From NCBI GenBank assembly GCA_965204375.1, contig OZ241986.1, positions 3,808,001-3,872,000 of the forward strand: a stretch of DNA of 64,000 nt, written 5' to 3'. A program made the translations under genes and the position numbers. Numbering within the stretch: position 1 is the stretch's first letter; every line of letters starts with the position of its first letter. The notes below the pieces were generated by a model. The model was not told the origin of the DNA. It saw nothing but the letters and a program-made list of their open reading frames with translations, and did no database searches. Below are positions 47,767 through 57,557 of the stretch, piece after piece. The stretch is from Candidatus Latescibacterota bacterium (GTDB lineage Bacteria > Latescibacterota > UBA2968).

Positions 47767-49217
47767 ACGCTCCTTCCATCTGCGATATACCGCTCGACCA
47801 TCTCCCTGAACTCGCGCACAATACCCGGTTCTCTGCCAAACAGATTATAAGACTCAAACGGATCATCTCCCATATGATACAACTGACCCCTTGCCCCCGG
47901 CACAGGACCCGTGCCCGCACACCCATCCACACCGCGTCCCATATCTCCGGAATTATCACAATCGACAATCAACTTCCAATCCCCTCGCCGAATCGAAAAT
48001 ACCCCCATGCAGGAATGGTGTATCAAATCATCCCGCACAGGCTCGTTCTCCTCCATCAACGCAGGTAAAAAACTCGCACTATCTTCCCCCGCATCCTCTG
48101 GAAGCGTCTCCCCCACAATATCCGCCACAGTCGCCATAAAATCCTGCAACCCGACCAGCGCATCGCAAACCGAATTGGGCGCAACAACACCCGGCCAGCG
48201 CGCGATAAACGGCTCTCTGTGTCCTCCCTCCCAGATAAACCCTTTAAAACCACGCCAATCACCGCAAGACTTGTGACCATACGTGCGCCCATTACAGCCT
48301 GGCAACGCCCCATTGTCACTCGTCACAATAACCAGCGTATCATCCGCCAACCCACAGCGATCCAGCGCATCCATCACCTGCCCCACCATCCAATCAAACA
48401 GCGCGACCATATCCCCTCGGGGACCCGCCTCACTCGCACCGCGCAAAAACTCCGGCACACATTCGACCGTACACGGTTCATGCGGCGCAGAAGCCGCCAG
48501 ATAAAGAAAAAAGGGCGTATCTTCATCCTTTGCCCGCTCCTCAATATACGCCACAGCCTGCTCCGTAAAAGCCGGATCCGCCTCCTTGTGGTCCCAATCC
48601 GGAACCATCAACCCGCGCCGCCCACCCGCCATCTCAACCGGCTTTTGCACACTCGGAATACCCACCGTCTGATCCTGATCGATAAAACAATAAGGCGGCT
48701 GCGCCGTCGAACAACCCGACGTCCCGTAAAACCTGTCAAACCCCAGCTCAATCGGTCCGCCCACAATCGGCTTTGAAAAATCGATCTTATCTTCCTCCAC
48801 CGGATCGGGCGATCCACCCGGCCACGGCAGGGGCTGATCAAAATCAAACACCTCGCCATCCTTCACACCCCAACCCAGTCCCAAATGCCACTTGCCAAAA
48901 CACCCCGTGTGATATCCACATCTTTTCAACAAAGAAGCCACCGTCAGGCGCTCGGGTTCAATCAACGGCCATTCGTAATTGAACAACACATGGCTCTTCA
49001 ATTCTGTGCGCCAGCAATAACGCCCGGTCAAAATCCCATATCGCGTGGGCGTACACACCGCCGAAGGCGAATGTGCATCCGTAAACCGCATTCCTTCACT
49101 CGCCAATCGATCCATATACGGCGTGGGGATCTTTGACTGCGGATTATAACATCCCACATCGCCATAGCCCATGTCATCGGCGAGAATATAAACAATATTT
49201 GGACGTGTATTTGGCAT
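47763..49217 (-). CDS. Arylsulfatase-type Cys sulfatase
   Basis: PNIVYILADDMGYGD, CTPTRYGILTG, GKWHLG, SDNG, WEGGHR. Confidence 0.95.
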   Translation of the reverse strand: MPNTRPNIVYILADDMGYGDVGCYNPQSKIPTPYMDRLASEGMRFTDAHSPSAVCTPTRYGILTGRYCWRTELKSHVLFNYEWPLIEPERLTVASLLKRCGYHTGCFGKWHLGLGWGVKDGEVFDFDQPLPWPGGSPDPVEEDKIDFSKPIVGGPIELGFDRFYGTSGCSTAQPPYCFIDQDQTVGIPSVQKPVEMAGGRRGLMVPDWDHKEADPAFTEQAVAYIEERAKDEDTPFFLYLAASAPHEPCTVECVPEFLRGASEAGPRGDMVALFDWMVGQVMDALDRCGLADDTLVIVTSDNGALPGCNGRTYGHKSCGDWRGFKGFIWEGGHREPFIARWPGVVAPNSVCDALVGLQDFMATVADIVGETLPEDAGEDSASFLPALMEENEPVRDDLIHHSCMGVFSIRRGDWKLIVDCDNSGDMGRGVDGCAGTGPVPGARGQLYHMGDDPFESYNLFGREPGIVREFREMVERYIADGRSV

Positions 49218-49219
49218 CT

Positions 49220-49624
49220 CTAACCTCTCATATCGATCCACGGTTCATCCTCCGACACATCGACCAGCACCTCACCATCGAATTTAGCCGGAGACAAAAT
49301 CGCCAGAAAAACCAGATCCTCATCCCCGGCATTATACGTCCCATGTACCATATCCCTCGGAATATGCGCCGCATCCCCCGGACCCAAAATTTGCGAATCC
49401 CTATCCACCCACTGTTCCGCTTTTCCCGCAACCACATAAATAATCTCTTCCATACACGGATGGCGATGAAACGCGTGCGCCTTGCCCGGCGGCATCGTCA
49501 CCCGCACCAGCAACAAATGATCCGCCTCGGTCAACCCCTCCCGACTGATCCACTCGTGCGGACCCCACGGCAATTCCTCCACCTGCACATCGTCTTGCGT
49601 GATAAACCTCAACACATCTGACAT
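49220..49624 (-). CDS. Cupin domain protein
   Basis: HAFHRHP.MEEIIYV..G; GDAAHIP..MVH. Confidence 0.9.
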   Translation of the reverse strand: MSDVLRFITQDDVQVEELPWGPHEWISREGLTEADHLLLVRVTMPPGKAHAFHRHPCMEEIIYVVAGKAEQWVDRDSQILGPGDAAHIPRDMVHGTYNAGDEDLVFLAILSPAKFDGEVLVDVSEDEPWIDMRG

Positions 49625-49626
49625 AG

Positions 49627-51132
49627 CTATCCCCCACCGATCAAATCTCGCGCATCGACAATTGCTTTCAGCTTTGCCTCTGCGACATTTGCCGAAGCCA
49701 CGGGGTTATCGGCGAACGTAGCAAAACCGCAATCGGGCGTCAGCAGAACGCGCTCTTTTCCAAATAGATTGATCACCTCTGAAATTCGCCGCTGAATATC
49801 TTTAACCAACTCTACCGAATCCAGCTTCTGGTTCACCACACCAACGCCCACGCGCTTATCATCCGGAACCGCTTTCAACACATCCACATCTCCTGCCCGC
49901 TCGGTGCAAAGCTCCAGAAACAGCGTCCCCACATCCGCCCGCTTCAGCACATCCATCAGTGCCCCATACCCCCCGGAAAGCGCCGCGGACTCATCCCGCG
50001 TCCAATTGCCCCGGCAAATATGCAAACCCAGCCGCTCTCCCGGCAGACCCCGCACAACCTCATTCAACAAACCGACCGCAAAATCGAGCTCCACCGGAGC
50101 CTCTAACTTCTCGCTCAAAGCCCCACACATAAAACTGCGATTCCCCGTCGCACTCCCAAAAACCACCTCTGTCAAAACCGGCTCATCGAACTGCACCAGC
50201 GCAACACCTGCCGCCAGTAAAAAATGCACCTCCTCCCGCAAAACCCGCACCACATCCCGCGCCAGTTCATCCCGCGATTCGTACGGACGCTCCCTGAGAC
50301 AATCCAGCCACATCGTACGCGTCAGCAAATAAGGCCCGGGCAGCGCCACCTTCACCGGCTTATCCACACAAGAACTCGCAAACTCAAACTCGTGAACCGC
50401 CAGCGGACGACTTCTCCCCAACTTGCCGTACACCACCGGATGCCGCACCTCAGCCGCCGGGACATCCAGCGCGCGCAACTCCCGCTCAAACTTCTCCGAA
50501 TCATCCACCATCGCCGTCAAATCGCTCAGCGGAATAAGCTGGCAATTATCCAGCAGCCCACCCACAAAACTCGCATAACTATCCCGACGCTGCTCCCCAT
50601 CCGTCAGCACATCAACCCCCGCGCGAGACTGCGCGCCAATACAAAGCCGCACCGCGTCATCCGCCGTCGCCTGAAACTCCGCGTCATCCAACCTGCCCTC
50701 AAGCCGATCATGCACAGCCTGCAGCATCCAGCGAGGGCGCGGCCAACTCCCAATCCCCATAACAGACAACGGCGCAATTACCGGCGCGGACGCAGGACCC
50801 GGCAGCGAATCGGGAATCGTCACCGCCACCCGAAATTGCTCCCCAACAGGAACCGTTATCCGCCCGCGGTCCTCAAACGGCCCCTTGCAAACGAGATAAC
50901 TGCGCTGCCGCCCCACCTTTGTCCACGACACCAGCTCATTGCTCGTCAACCGACACCATGCGGGCAACTCGACCTCAACCGTCGCATCCGTCGATAAAAT
51001 CTCTAACAACCCACCGCGCGCCAGCGGATCAATATGCCGGCGAATCAGCAATAACAAACCGCCACCACAATCCAAATCCCCACCGTCAAAACTGACATCG
51101 GGCGCATATTTGTGTCGTTCTATCGCCTCCAA
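49627..51132 (-). CDS. TusA-like domain fused to a cobalamin-independent methionine synthase catalytic (Meth_synt_2) domain
   Basis: N-terminal FDGGDLDCG...LPAWCR; GSWPRP, TDGEQRR, PGP, QFDEP, HICRGN, PDCGF zinc ligands; AGGAGG RBS before TTG. Confidence 0.88.
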   Translation of the reverse strand: MEAIERHKYAPDVSFDGGDLDCGGGLLLLIRRHIDPLARGGLLEILSTDATVEVELPAWCRLTSNELVSWTKVGRQRSYLVCKGPFEDRGRITVPVGEQFRVAVTIPDSLPGPASAPVIAPLSVMGIGSWPRPRWMLQAVHDRLEGRLDDAEFQATADDAVRLCIGAQSRAGVDVLTDGEQRRDSYASFVGGLLDNCQLIPLSDLTAMVDDSEKFERELRALDVPAAEVRHPVVYGKLGRSRPLAVHEFEFASSCVDKPVKVALPGPYLLTRTMWLDCLRERPYESRDELARDVVRVLREEVHFLLAAGVALVQFDEPVLTEVVFGSATGNRSFMCGALSEKLEAPVELDFAVGLLNEVVRGLPGERLGLHICRGNWTRDESAALSGGYGALMDVLKRADVGTLFLELCTERAGDVDVLKAVPDDKRVGVGVVNQKLDSVELVKDIQRRISEVINLFGKERVLLTPDCGFATFADNPVASANVAEAKLKAIVDARDLIGGG

Positions 51133-51140
51133 AACACCTC

Positions 51141-51503
51141 CTAATACGTAATACAGGGCGTCCCATCGGAAAGAAACTCCACCAGCGCAGCGCCCCCAAC
51201 CATAATTGCCCCATTGACCAGATTATTCTCATCCAAACCGCGCTTCTTAAAACACGGCGCACACACGTAAATCGTTCCCCCACCACCCACAAACAAATCC
51301 ATAAGATCCTTCAGCGGCAAAAAGCCCTCCTCCGCCACATCGTCGGCATAGCCCTTCTGGGAAAGCCGAACCCCCTCCGTACTCATAAAAAGGAGTGTCT
51401 CCTTCTCCGATCCCAGCGCGGCATTGGCAACTACAAAAGCCACAGTCGCTTTATCCGTATCGTCCTTCGCACAAGTCAAACTAACACAAAATTTTCCAGC
51501 CAC
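51141..51503 (-). CDS. DsrE family protein
   Basis: AFVVANAA, LFMSTEGV, IYVCAPCFKKRG. Confidence 0.85.
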   Translation of the reverse strand: MAGKFCVSLTCAKDDTDKATVAFVVANAALGSEKETLLFMSTEGVRLSQKGYADDVAEEGFLPLKDLMDLFVGGGGTIYVCAPCFKKRGLDENNLVNGAIMVGGAALVEFLSDGTPCITY

Positions 51504-51513
51504 TTTTACTCCT

Positions 51514-51768
51514 TTACTCTTTTGGTTTCTCTTCTATCCAGTAAAACGGGTGATCCGCGCGAACCATCCGCCGTCCAGTCATGCGGCACCAGGCGGGCAA
51601 ATCAACAGGCGCGCCCGGATCATACGCCGTAAGCTTCAAAACCTCGCCCTCCTCGAGCTTTTGCATCCGCATCCTGAGCAAAATAATAACCTCGCCGCAC
51701 CCCATGTGTCCCGCATCCCACTCATCTGCTACCACAATATTCCGTTCATCCGAAATCATTTCCTTCAC
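51514..51768 (-). CDS. TusA/SirA family sulfur-carrier protein
   Basis: WDAGHMGCG, GEVLKLTAYDPGA..DLPAWCR.TG. Confidence 0.85.
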   Translation of the reverse strand: MKEMISDERNIVVADEWDAGHMGCGEVIILLRMRMQKLEEGEVLKLTAYDPGAPVDLPAWCRMTGRRMVRADHPFYWIEEKPKE

Positions 51769-53141
51769 TCCTGCGGCAATTCCTCGGCACTGATATCGAT
51801 CTCCTCAATCAACCGCGCCAGATCTCCTTCTACTTCTGTCTGCACATCGGCATACGCCGGATCGCCGTACACACTCGTCATCTCCCAGGGATCCTTCTCC
51901 AAATCGAACAAATCGCGCTCACCAGTTCGATGTACTGCGAGCGTATAATTTTGCGTACGCACGCCATAGTGCTTCGTCGGCCCATCCCAATACGCATAAA
52001 AAGCCGACTGCCGCCAATCTTCTGGTGTCTCCCCCTCGCACAGCGCGCGAAAACTTCTGCCCTGCACCTCTGCATCGGGTTTCAACCCGGCAAAATCGAG
52101 ATACGTCGCACCAAAATCCACATTCACCACAATATCCTCATTCACCGAACCCGGCGCAATCGCCCTCGGATACCGCATCACATAAGGCATGAGAAGCGAC
52201 TCTTCCAAAATCAAACGCTTATCAAAATACGAATGCTCGCCCAAAAACATACCCTGGTCAGACGTATATACCACAATCGTATTCTCCGTCAACCCCTCCT
52301 CATCCAGATAATCCAGCAACCGCCCCACACCCTCGTCAATCGCTGTAATACACCGCAAATAATCCTTCACATATTTCTGATAAGCCGCGTGAATCTTCTC
52401 CTGTGTACTCATCCCCGTCGTATCCAACCGCCCCGTAGGCCACGCTCTGCCCCGGACGCCCTCATCCATCCGCTCGGCCTGCGAGAGCATCGTGCGGTGG
52501 TGATTCTCCAACGCACTGGACACCTTGTCAAACGGCTTATACAAATTCGACGGCTCGGGCAAATCCCCATCCGTGAACAAATCCGCATGCCGAGGCGCGT
52601 ACTCCCACAAACCATGGGGTGCTTTGTGGTGGCACAGCATCAAAAAGGGCTTATCCGGATCGCGCGCCTTCAACCAATTGAGCGACAAATCCGTAATAAT
52701 ATCCGTCGCATACCCCTCGTACTGCGTCGGCTCGCCATTGCGCGTAAACGACGGATCAAAATAAGCACCCTGCCCCGGCAACACCTCCCAATAATCAAAC
52801 CCATCTGGCTCAGATCCCAAATGCCACTTACCCGCAATACCCGTTTGATATCCGGAAGCCTGCAACTGTCGCACAAAATTGGGGTGATCGTCACTCAGCG
52901 GTTGATTCAACCGCAACACCCCATTTTTATGGCTGTATTGCCCCGTAATAATACTCGCCCTGCTCGGCGAACACAGCGCATTATTGCAAATACAATTATT
53001 AAACCGCATGCCCTCACGAGCGATGCGGTCAATATTCGGTGTATCCACCACCTCATTCAGCCATCCGTTATAACAACTAATGGCATTCACGGTGTGATCA
53101 TCAGACATAATATAGAGAATATTGGGACGCGAATCAGACAT
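51765..53141 (-). CDS. Sulfatase (N-acetylglucosamine-6-sulfatase-like)
   Basis: PNILYIMSDDH, CSPSRASIITG, GKWHLG, HKAPH, SDQG..LGEH..FDKR. Confidence 0.94.
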   Translation of the reverse strand: MSDSRPNILYIMSDDHTVNAISCYNGWLNEVVDTPNIDRIAREGMRFNNCICNNALCSPSRASIITGQYSHKNGVLRLNQPLSDDHPNFVRQLQASGYQTGIAGKWHLGSEPDGFDYWEVLPGQGAYFDPSFTRNGEPTQYEGYATDIITDLSLNWLKARDPDKPFLMLCHHKAPHGLWEYAPRHADLFTDGDLPEPSNLYKPFDKVSSALENHHRTMLSQAERMDEGVRGRAWPTGRLDTTGMSTQEKIHAAYQKYVKDYLRCITAIDEGVGRLLDYLDEEGLTENTIVVYTSDQGMFLGEHSYFDKRLILEESLLMPYVMRYPRAIAPGSVNEDIVVNVDFGATYLDFAGLKPDAEVQGRSFRALCEGETPEDWRQSAFYAYWDGPTKHYGVRTQNYTLAVHRTGERDLFDLEKDPWEMTSVYGDPAYADVQTEVEGDLARLIEEIDISAEELPQE

Positions 53142-53177
53142 TAAAATTCCTCCATTGGTTAAGTGAAACACTTTCGA

Positions 53178-53486
53178 TTAGACATACACGATACTTTCTT
53201 TGATATTCTCGGCAACGTGCGGAATCCGAATCCCTTGAATACCAGCATGTGTCAGGATATCGACTCGTTTGCCCAGGATAGTCTCGAGATATTCGCTAAG
53301 CTCAATGAACCGAAAGCCTATCGGATGTTCAAATTCCACGACAAGGTCAATGTCACTTGATTCGGTGGGCGTATCTTTCGCATAAGACCCAAACAAACCA
53401 ATTTTCTTAACCCCGTACTCAGACGCCAGATACGAGCCGTTTTCCGAGAGAATATCTATGATTTTTTCTTTCGTCAACATCGCCAA
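53178..53486 (-). CDS. MNT (minimal nucleotidyltransferase) antitoxin, orphan
   Basis: YGVKKIGLFGSYAK..SDIDLVV..VDIL. Confidence 0.9.
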   Translation of the reverse strand: MAMLTKEKIIDILSENGSYLASEYGVKKIGLFGSYAKDTPTESSDIDLVVEFEHPIGFRFIELSEYLETILGKRVDILTHAGIQGIRIPHVAENIKESIVYV

Positions 53487-53510
53487 TTTCTCCCCTAAAT
53501 GGTTTCTTTT

Positions 53511-54773
53511 TTATCCTTCTGGAACATAATCATCAATAAATTCCGGCATCATATCCAGCACCTTTTGCAAGCGTTCACGCGCCTCTTCAGAATCGACATC
53601 ACCCTGCCCCAAAACAATATCGTACTCTTCCAGCCGATCTGCAGGCACATCGTAAAACCGACCATCGTGATAAATTTTAAACCGATGCTCCCGCGCAAAC
53701 TGACCCGCGTGATCTTGACCAAAACCAAAACGCGGGTTGTAATGACAAAAAATCCAATCCCTCGGATCGCCCCGTTCGCCTCTCAACTGAGGCAAAAAAC
53801 TGCGCCCATCACACGGCATCCCCTCTGGAATGGGCGCATCTGCCAAATCCATCAACGTCGGCAAAAAATCGCTAAAATCCACCAGATCATCTAACACCAC
53901 GCCCTCTGGCGCCACACCCTTCCAAAAAGCAATAAAAGGCACATGCGTGCCCGCATCGGGCATCGTACCCTTACCCCCCACAATCTCGACATCCCCCTCA
54001 AGCTGGGACGTAATCGTGCGATGGGTGCCATTATCACTCGTAAACATCACCAGCGTATTCTCGAGCAAATCGAGCGCCTCGAGCTTCTCCACAATCCTGC
54101 CCACCAGCTTATCGACATACGCCACCATATCGGCAAAATAGCGCGTATCCTGCTCACCTCTCCGATCTCTATCCCGCCACTCCGGACTATCGGGCGTAGG
54201 CACAAAAGGCGCGTGAACCAAAATCATCGGATAATAGGCAAAAAAAGGCACATCTCGATGCCGCTCAATAAAATCCAGCAAATAATCACAACAAATATCG
54301 GGACCATACCGATCTTCGACATACTCGTCGGGTAACCACTCGCCATTGCATTCAATTTGCGGATGTGCATATCGTCTCTTACCCGTGCGCACACCATCTT
54401 CTGGCGGCGGCGTCATATTCCACAAACAATGCTCATCAAACCCAAAATGCGCTGGCATCTTATTGTCCTTACTCAACTGCCACTTGCCCGCAACACATGT
54501 CGCGTATCCCGCATCCTGTAACAAATTGCCAAACGTCTTTTCTTTCGGATTCAAATAGGCGAACCTGTCGTAATTCCGAAAATTGTACTGCCCCGTCATA
54601 ATCTCCACGCGAGAAGGCGTACACAGCGGCGTCGAATAACAATGGGAAAAGCGAATACCCCGCGATGCCAGATCATCCAACACCGGCGTCTCATACGTCG
54701 TACTCCCATAACAACTCAAACACTCAAACCCCATATCATCTGCCATAATCAACACAATATTTGGTCTTGACAT
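53511..54773 (-). CDS. Arylsulfatase-type Cys sulfatase
   Basis: PNIVLIMADD.G, CTPSRVEIMTG, GKWQL, SDNG. Confidence 0.95.
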   Translation of the reverse strand: MSRPNIVLIMADDMGFECLSCYGSTTYETPVLDDLASRGIRFSHCYSTPLCTPSRVEIMTGQYNFRNYDRFAYLNPKEKTFGNLLQDAGYATCVAGKWQLSKDNKMPAHFGFDEHCLWNMTPPPEDGVRTGKRRYAHPQIECNGEWLPDEYVEDRYGPDICCDYLLDFIERHRDVPFFAYYPMILVHAPFVPTPDSPEWRDRDRRGEQDTRYFADMVAYVDKLVGRIVEKLEALDLLENTLVMFTSDNGTHRTITSQLEGDVEIVGGKGTMPDAGTHVPFIAFWKGVAPEGVVLDDLVDFSDFLPTLMDLADAPIPEGMPCDGRSFLPQLRGERGDPRDWIFCHYNPRFGFGQDHAGQFAREHRFKIYHDGRFYDVPADRLEEYDIVLGQGDVDSEEARERLQKVLDMMPEFIDDYVPEG

Positions 54774-54824
54774 ACATGCCTCACCGAGAATGATTCTGTT
54801 CATTTGAAAATCACAAAATACTAA

Positions 54825-55753
54825 GAAGCTGTTTTAAAATTATGAAAAAAGAAAAAAAGCGTTGAAAAAGCGTATTCATCTGTCCAAATTCAGGTTGTGC
54901 ATATCACCCTGAAACGAAAGGACATGCGATGAATACGCACCGGCAATATCCGACAAATGTCACCGAAGCGCAATGGCAACTGCTCATCCCACTTCTGCCC
55001 AAGCGCAAATGGCGAAAAGGCAGCCGTGGCCGTCCTCCTGTCAATTTGAGAGAAGTGTTTGATGGCATCCTGTATCTGACGAAGACCGGCTGCCAATGGC
55101 GCATGCTGCCTCATACCTTTGGCTGTTGGCAAACCGTGTATGGCTATTTCAACAACTGGCGCGAACAAGGCGTCTTTGAGCGTGTGCAACAGGCCCTCAC
55201 ACGAAAAGAGAGAAAACGGCAAGGACGTAAAGCTACCGCCTCAGCAGGCTGCATTGACAGTCAAAGTGTCAAGAGTGCAACACAAGGAGAATCAAAAGGT
55301 TACGATGCTGGCAAAAAGGTCAATGGACGCAAACGCCACCTGCTTGTCGATACCCTCGGCCTGGTGATCAACGCCTTTGTCTCGCCTGCCAATCTCCAAG
55401 ATCGTGACGGCCTCAAGCATCTGCTGAATCAGTATTTTGAGCAAGGAACAACACGCTTACGCAAGCTGTGGGTTGATGGCGGCTATCGCGGCGATGACCT
55501 CAAGGAATGGGTCGCTGATAGGAAGCGCACGTATAAAATTGATCTTGAGGTTGTTAAGCCTAATGGCGAGGGCTTCCAAGTCGCCAAGCGCCGTTGGGTC
55601 GTTGAGCGCACCTTTGCTTGGTTATACAATTTTCGCCGTCTGTCAAAGGATTATGAAGACTTGACGGATAACAGTGAAGCCTTTATTCACATTGTTATGA
55701 TTTACCTCTTACTCAACAGACTCGATTAAACGCAGCATTTTTAAAACAGCTTC
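54825..55753 (+). mobile_element. IS5-family insertion sequence (IS1031-like group), 929 bp
   Basis: Perfect 15-bp TIR GAAGCTGTTTTAAAA; TAA duplicated at 54822-54824 and 55754-55756. Confidence 0.93.
54929..55729 (+). CDS. IS5-family transposase
   Basis: GCQWRMLP, IDSQSVK, GKKVNGRKRHLLVD, DGGY, RWVVERTFAW, RRLSKDYE. Confidence 0.96.
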   Translation: MNTHRQYPTNVTEAQWQLLIPLLPKRKWRKGSRGRPPVNLREVFDGILYLTKTGCQWRMLPHTFGCWQTVYGYFNNWREQGVFERVQQALTRKERKRQGRKATASAGCIDSQSVKSATQGESKGYDAGKKVNGRKRHLLVDTLGLVINAFVSPANLQDRDGLKHLLNQYFEQGTTRLRKLWVDGGYRGDDLKEWVADRKRTYKIDLEVVKPNGEGFQVAKRRWVVERTFAWLYNFRRLSKDYEDLTDNSEAFIHIVMIYLLLNRLD

Positions 55754-55806
55754 TAAGGACCACATTAATCAAAATTTTTAGCAACAGCCATGAATTTGAT
55801 CGAGAT

Positions 55807-57126
55807 CTATTTATCTTCTGACTGCCCACGCCACCTAAATGCTCTTCTGAATCCCAGAGATTCTGCTTCAGCCACCGTTTCTACATAGCATTCATTTTTT
55901 TCTTTTTCAATAATAGTTTTATCATATTGCTGGTCGAAAGGTAAGTGATATATCTTCTCACCAGATTTTCGGGAAATATTGCACTTGACTAATGGATACT
56001 TTGATAATGAGATACCTTCTTTTACCTTGACACCAAGGATCTCAGCAAATTGCCCTGCAGTGTCAGATAATTGTGTTGACGTAATGAAAGTTGGGACAAT
56101 TCCCTGAGAACGAAGTAGCTCTGGAAATAACTCAATTTGATCGGCCTGGCGATCACAATTATTGACCAGAAACATCACCGTCGTGCCAAAAAGTTGGTTT
56201 ATATGTTTTTCACGGATAATTTTGTTTTTTGACCAACACTTACATTGCACTATTTCAACTATTCCATCTTTTTTGCAAATTAGATCACGTCCGAGATCCT
56301 CAAAGCCTTTTACAATACCTTGATATTCAACTTGGTATCCTTCCTTCTCATACAGGTAACCAATATATCGTTCGTAATCTCTTCCTACTTCCCAATTTGA
56401 TTTTTTCTTTTCCCAATACCGATCCAGCGCAAGTTGATTCTTTTCTATTGTTGAGAGCATTTCATATTCTGCATCTGTAAGCCACTTACGAACAGGATCG
56501 AATTGTACATCATCTATTGCACTCTCCTGTCCGTCAATATGTTGTCTCACAATTTCATCCAAATCATCACCAATAAAGTCAATTAGCCAAGGAAATAGTT
56601 TTTCGTAGTAATCCACAAAATACTTCGCCATCCTCCATCGCTTCTCCAATTCTCTCTTTTCGGCTTTTATCTTTCGGACTACATCGGCAGCTTTTGGAGC
56701 AGGAGGTTTTTTATTTTCTAAAAAATCAGCTATCTGTTCATCCCGCAAAGAGATATAATCCCCAAATGCTGTGGCGAGCCAAGGAAATCCTAGGGTTTTT
56801 TCATTTGCTATTCTCTCAAGAGCTTGCCTGTCTCTCTCCTTCTGTGCTTTCAAAAACTCTTTTGCTTGGTATATCTTTGTTCTTTCTTCCAACAACTGTT
56901 TTTCGGCTTCCGCTTGTCTCTGCGCAAATCCTTCTGCCAAATTAGCAATTTCGGTCTTTTTGATCCGCAAGAACTCATTGATGATATTCTTAGTATTGAT
57001 TTCATTTCTATAAATTAGTCCCTTAAATGACCTCTTAAACTCATCCAAGTCATTACTAATCTTCTGAAGTTTGGAGACTTTGTTTCTTAATTTGAGAAGT
57101 TTATTTTTAAAAAGTTCAGGTGTCAT
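55807..57126 (-). CDS. Mrr-like restriction endonuclease with coiled-coil N-terminus
   Basis: YERYIG.LY..GY.V, DLGRDLIC..IVQCK (D-QxK); C-terminal KIYHLP...EAESLGFRRA resembling Ada-like tails. Confidence 0.8.
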   Translation of the reverse strand: MTPELFKNKLLKLRNKVSKLQKISNDLDEFKRSFKGLIYRNEINTKNIINEFLRIKKTEIANLAEGFAQRQAEAEKQLLEERTKIYQAKEFLKAQKERDRQALERIANEKTLGFPWLATAFGDYISLRDEQIADFLENKKPPAPKAADVVRKIKAEKRELEKRWRMAKYFVDYYEKLFPWLIDFIGDDLDEIVRQHIDGQESAIDDVQFDPVRKWLTDAEYEMLSTIEKNQLALDRYWEKKKSNWEVGRDYERYIGYLYEKEGYQVEYQGIVKGFEDLGRDLICKKDGIVEIVQCKCWSKNKIIREKHINQLFGTTVMFLVNNCDRQADQIELFPELLRSQGIVPTFITSTQLSDTAGQFAEILGVKVKEGISLSKYPLVKCNISRKSGEKIYHLPFDQQYDKTIIEKEKNECYVETVAEAESLGFRRAFRWRGQSEDK

Positions 57127-57146
57127 AATTTTAGATCTTCGACGAA

Positions 57147-57542
57147 TTATTCAACTCTCAAAGATTCAAGGGAGCTGAAGTCAATATCCGAAATTTTCAA
57201 GAAAAATCTACAATTAGGATAGTTTGGACATCCAATGATTCTCCCATAATAACTAGTGTATTTCACATTAAGAGTGTCACCACACTTAGGGCATATATTC
57301 AGAGGTTCCTCCGTTCTTCCTTTTAGGATAGCTAAATTTGACTGCAAACCGACTCGAAGACCCTCTAATTCCTTTCTCATCTGTTCTGTATCATAAGTAT
57401 CTACTTTCTGCAACAAACGTTCAAGCTCTGGCCCAAGTTCTTTGGCAATTCGACGGTCCTGTCGTCGCTCCAGTAAATTTGATATTTTTATAAAGACGTA
57501 GATAAGAGTGATACAGCCACCGAAGAACATCAATACATCCAT
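57147..57542 (-). CDS. Membrane-anchored protein with a topoisomerase-type C4 zinc ribbon
   Basis: N-terminal hydrophobic helix; CPKCG...YG.IIGCPNYPNC; AGAGGA RBS. Confidence 0.8.
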   Translation of the reverse strand: MDVLMFFGGCITLIYVFIKISNLLERRQDRRIAKELGPELERLLQKVDTYDTEQMRKELEGLRVGLQSNLAILKGRTEEPLNICPKCGDTLNVKYTSYYGRIIGCPNYPNCRFFLKISDIDFSSLESLRVE

Positions 57543-57557
57543 TTCGATTTCCTCTTT

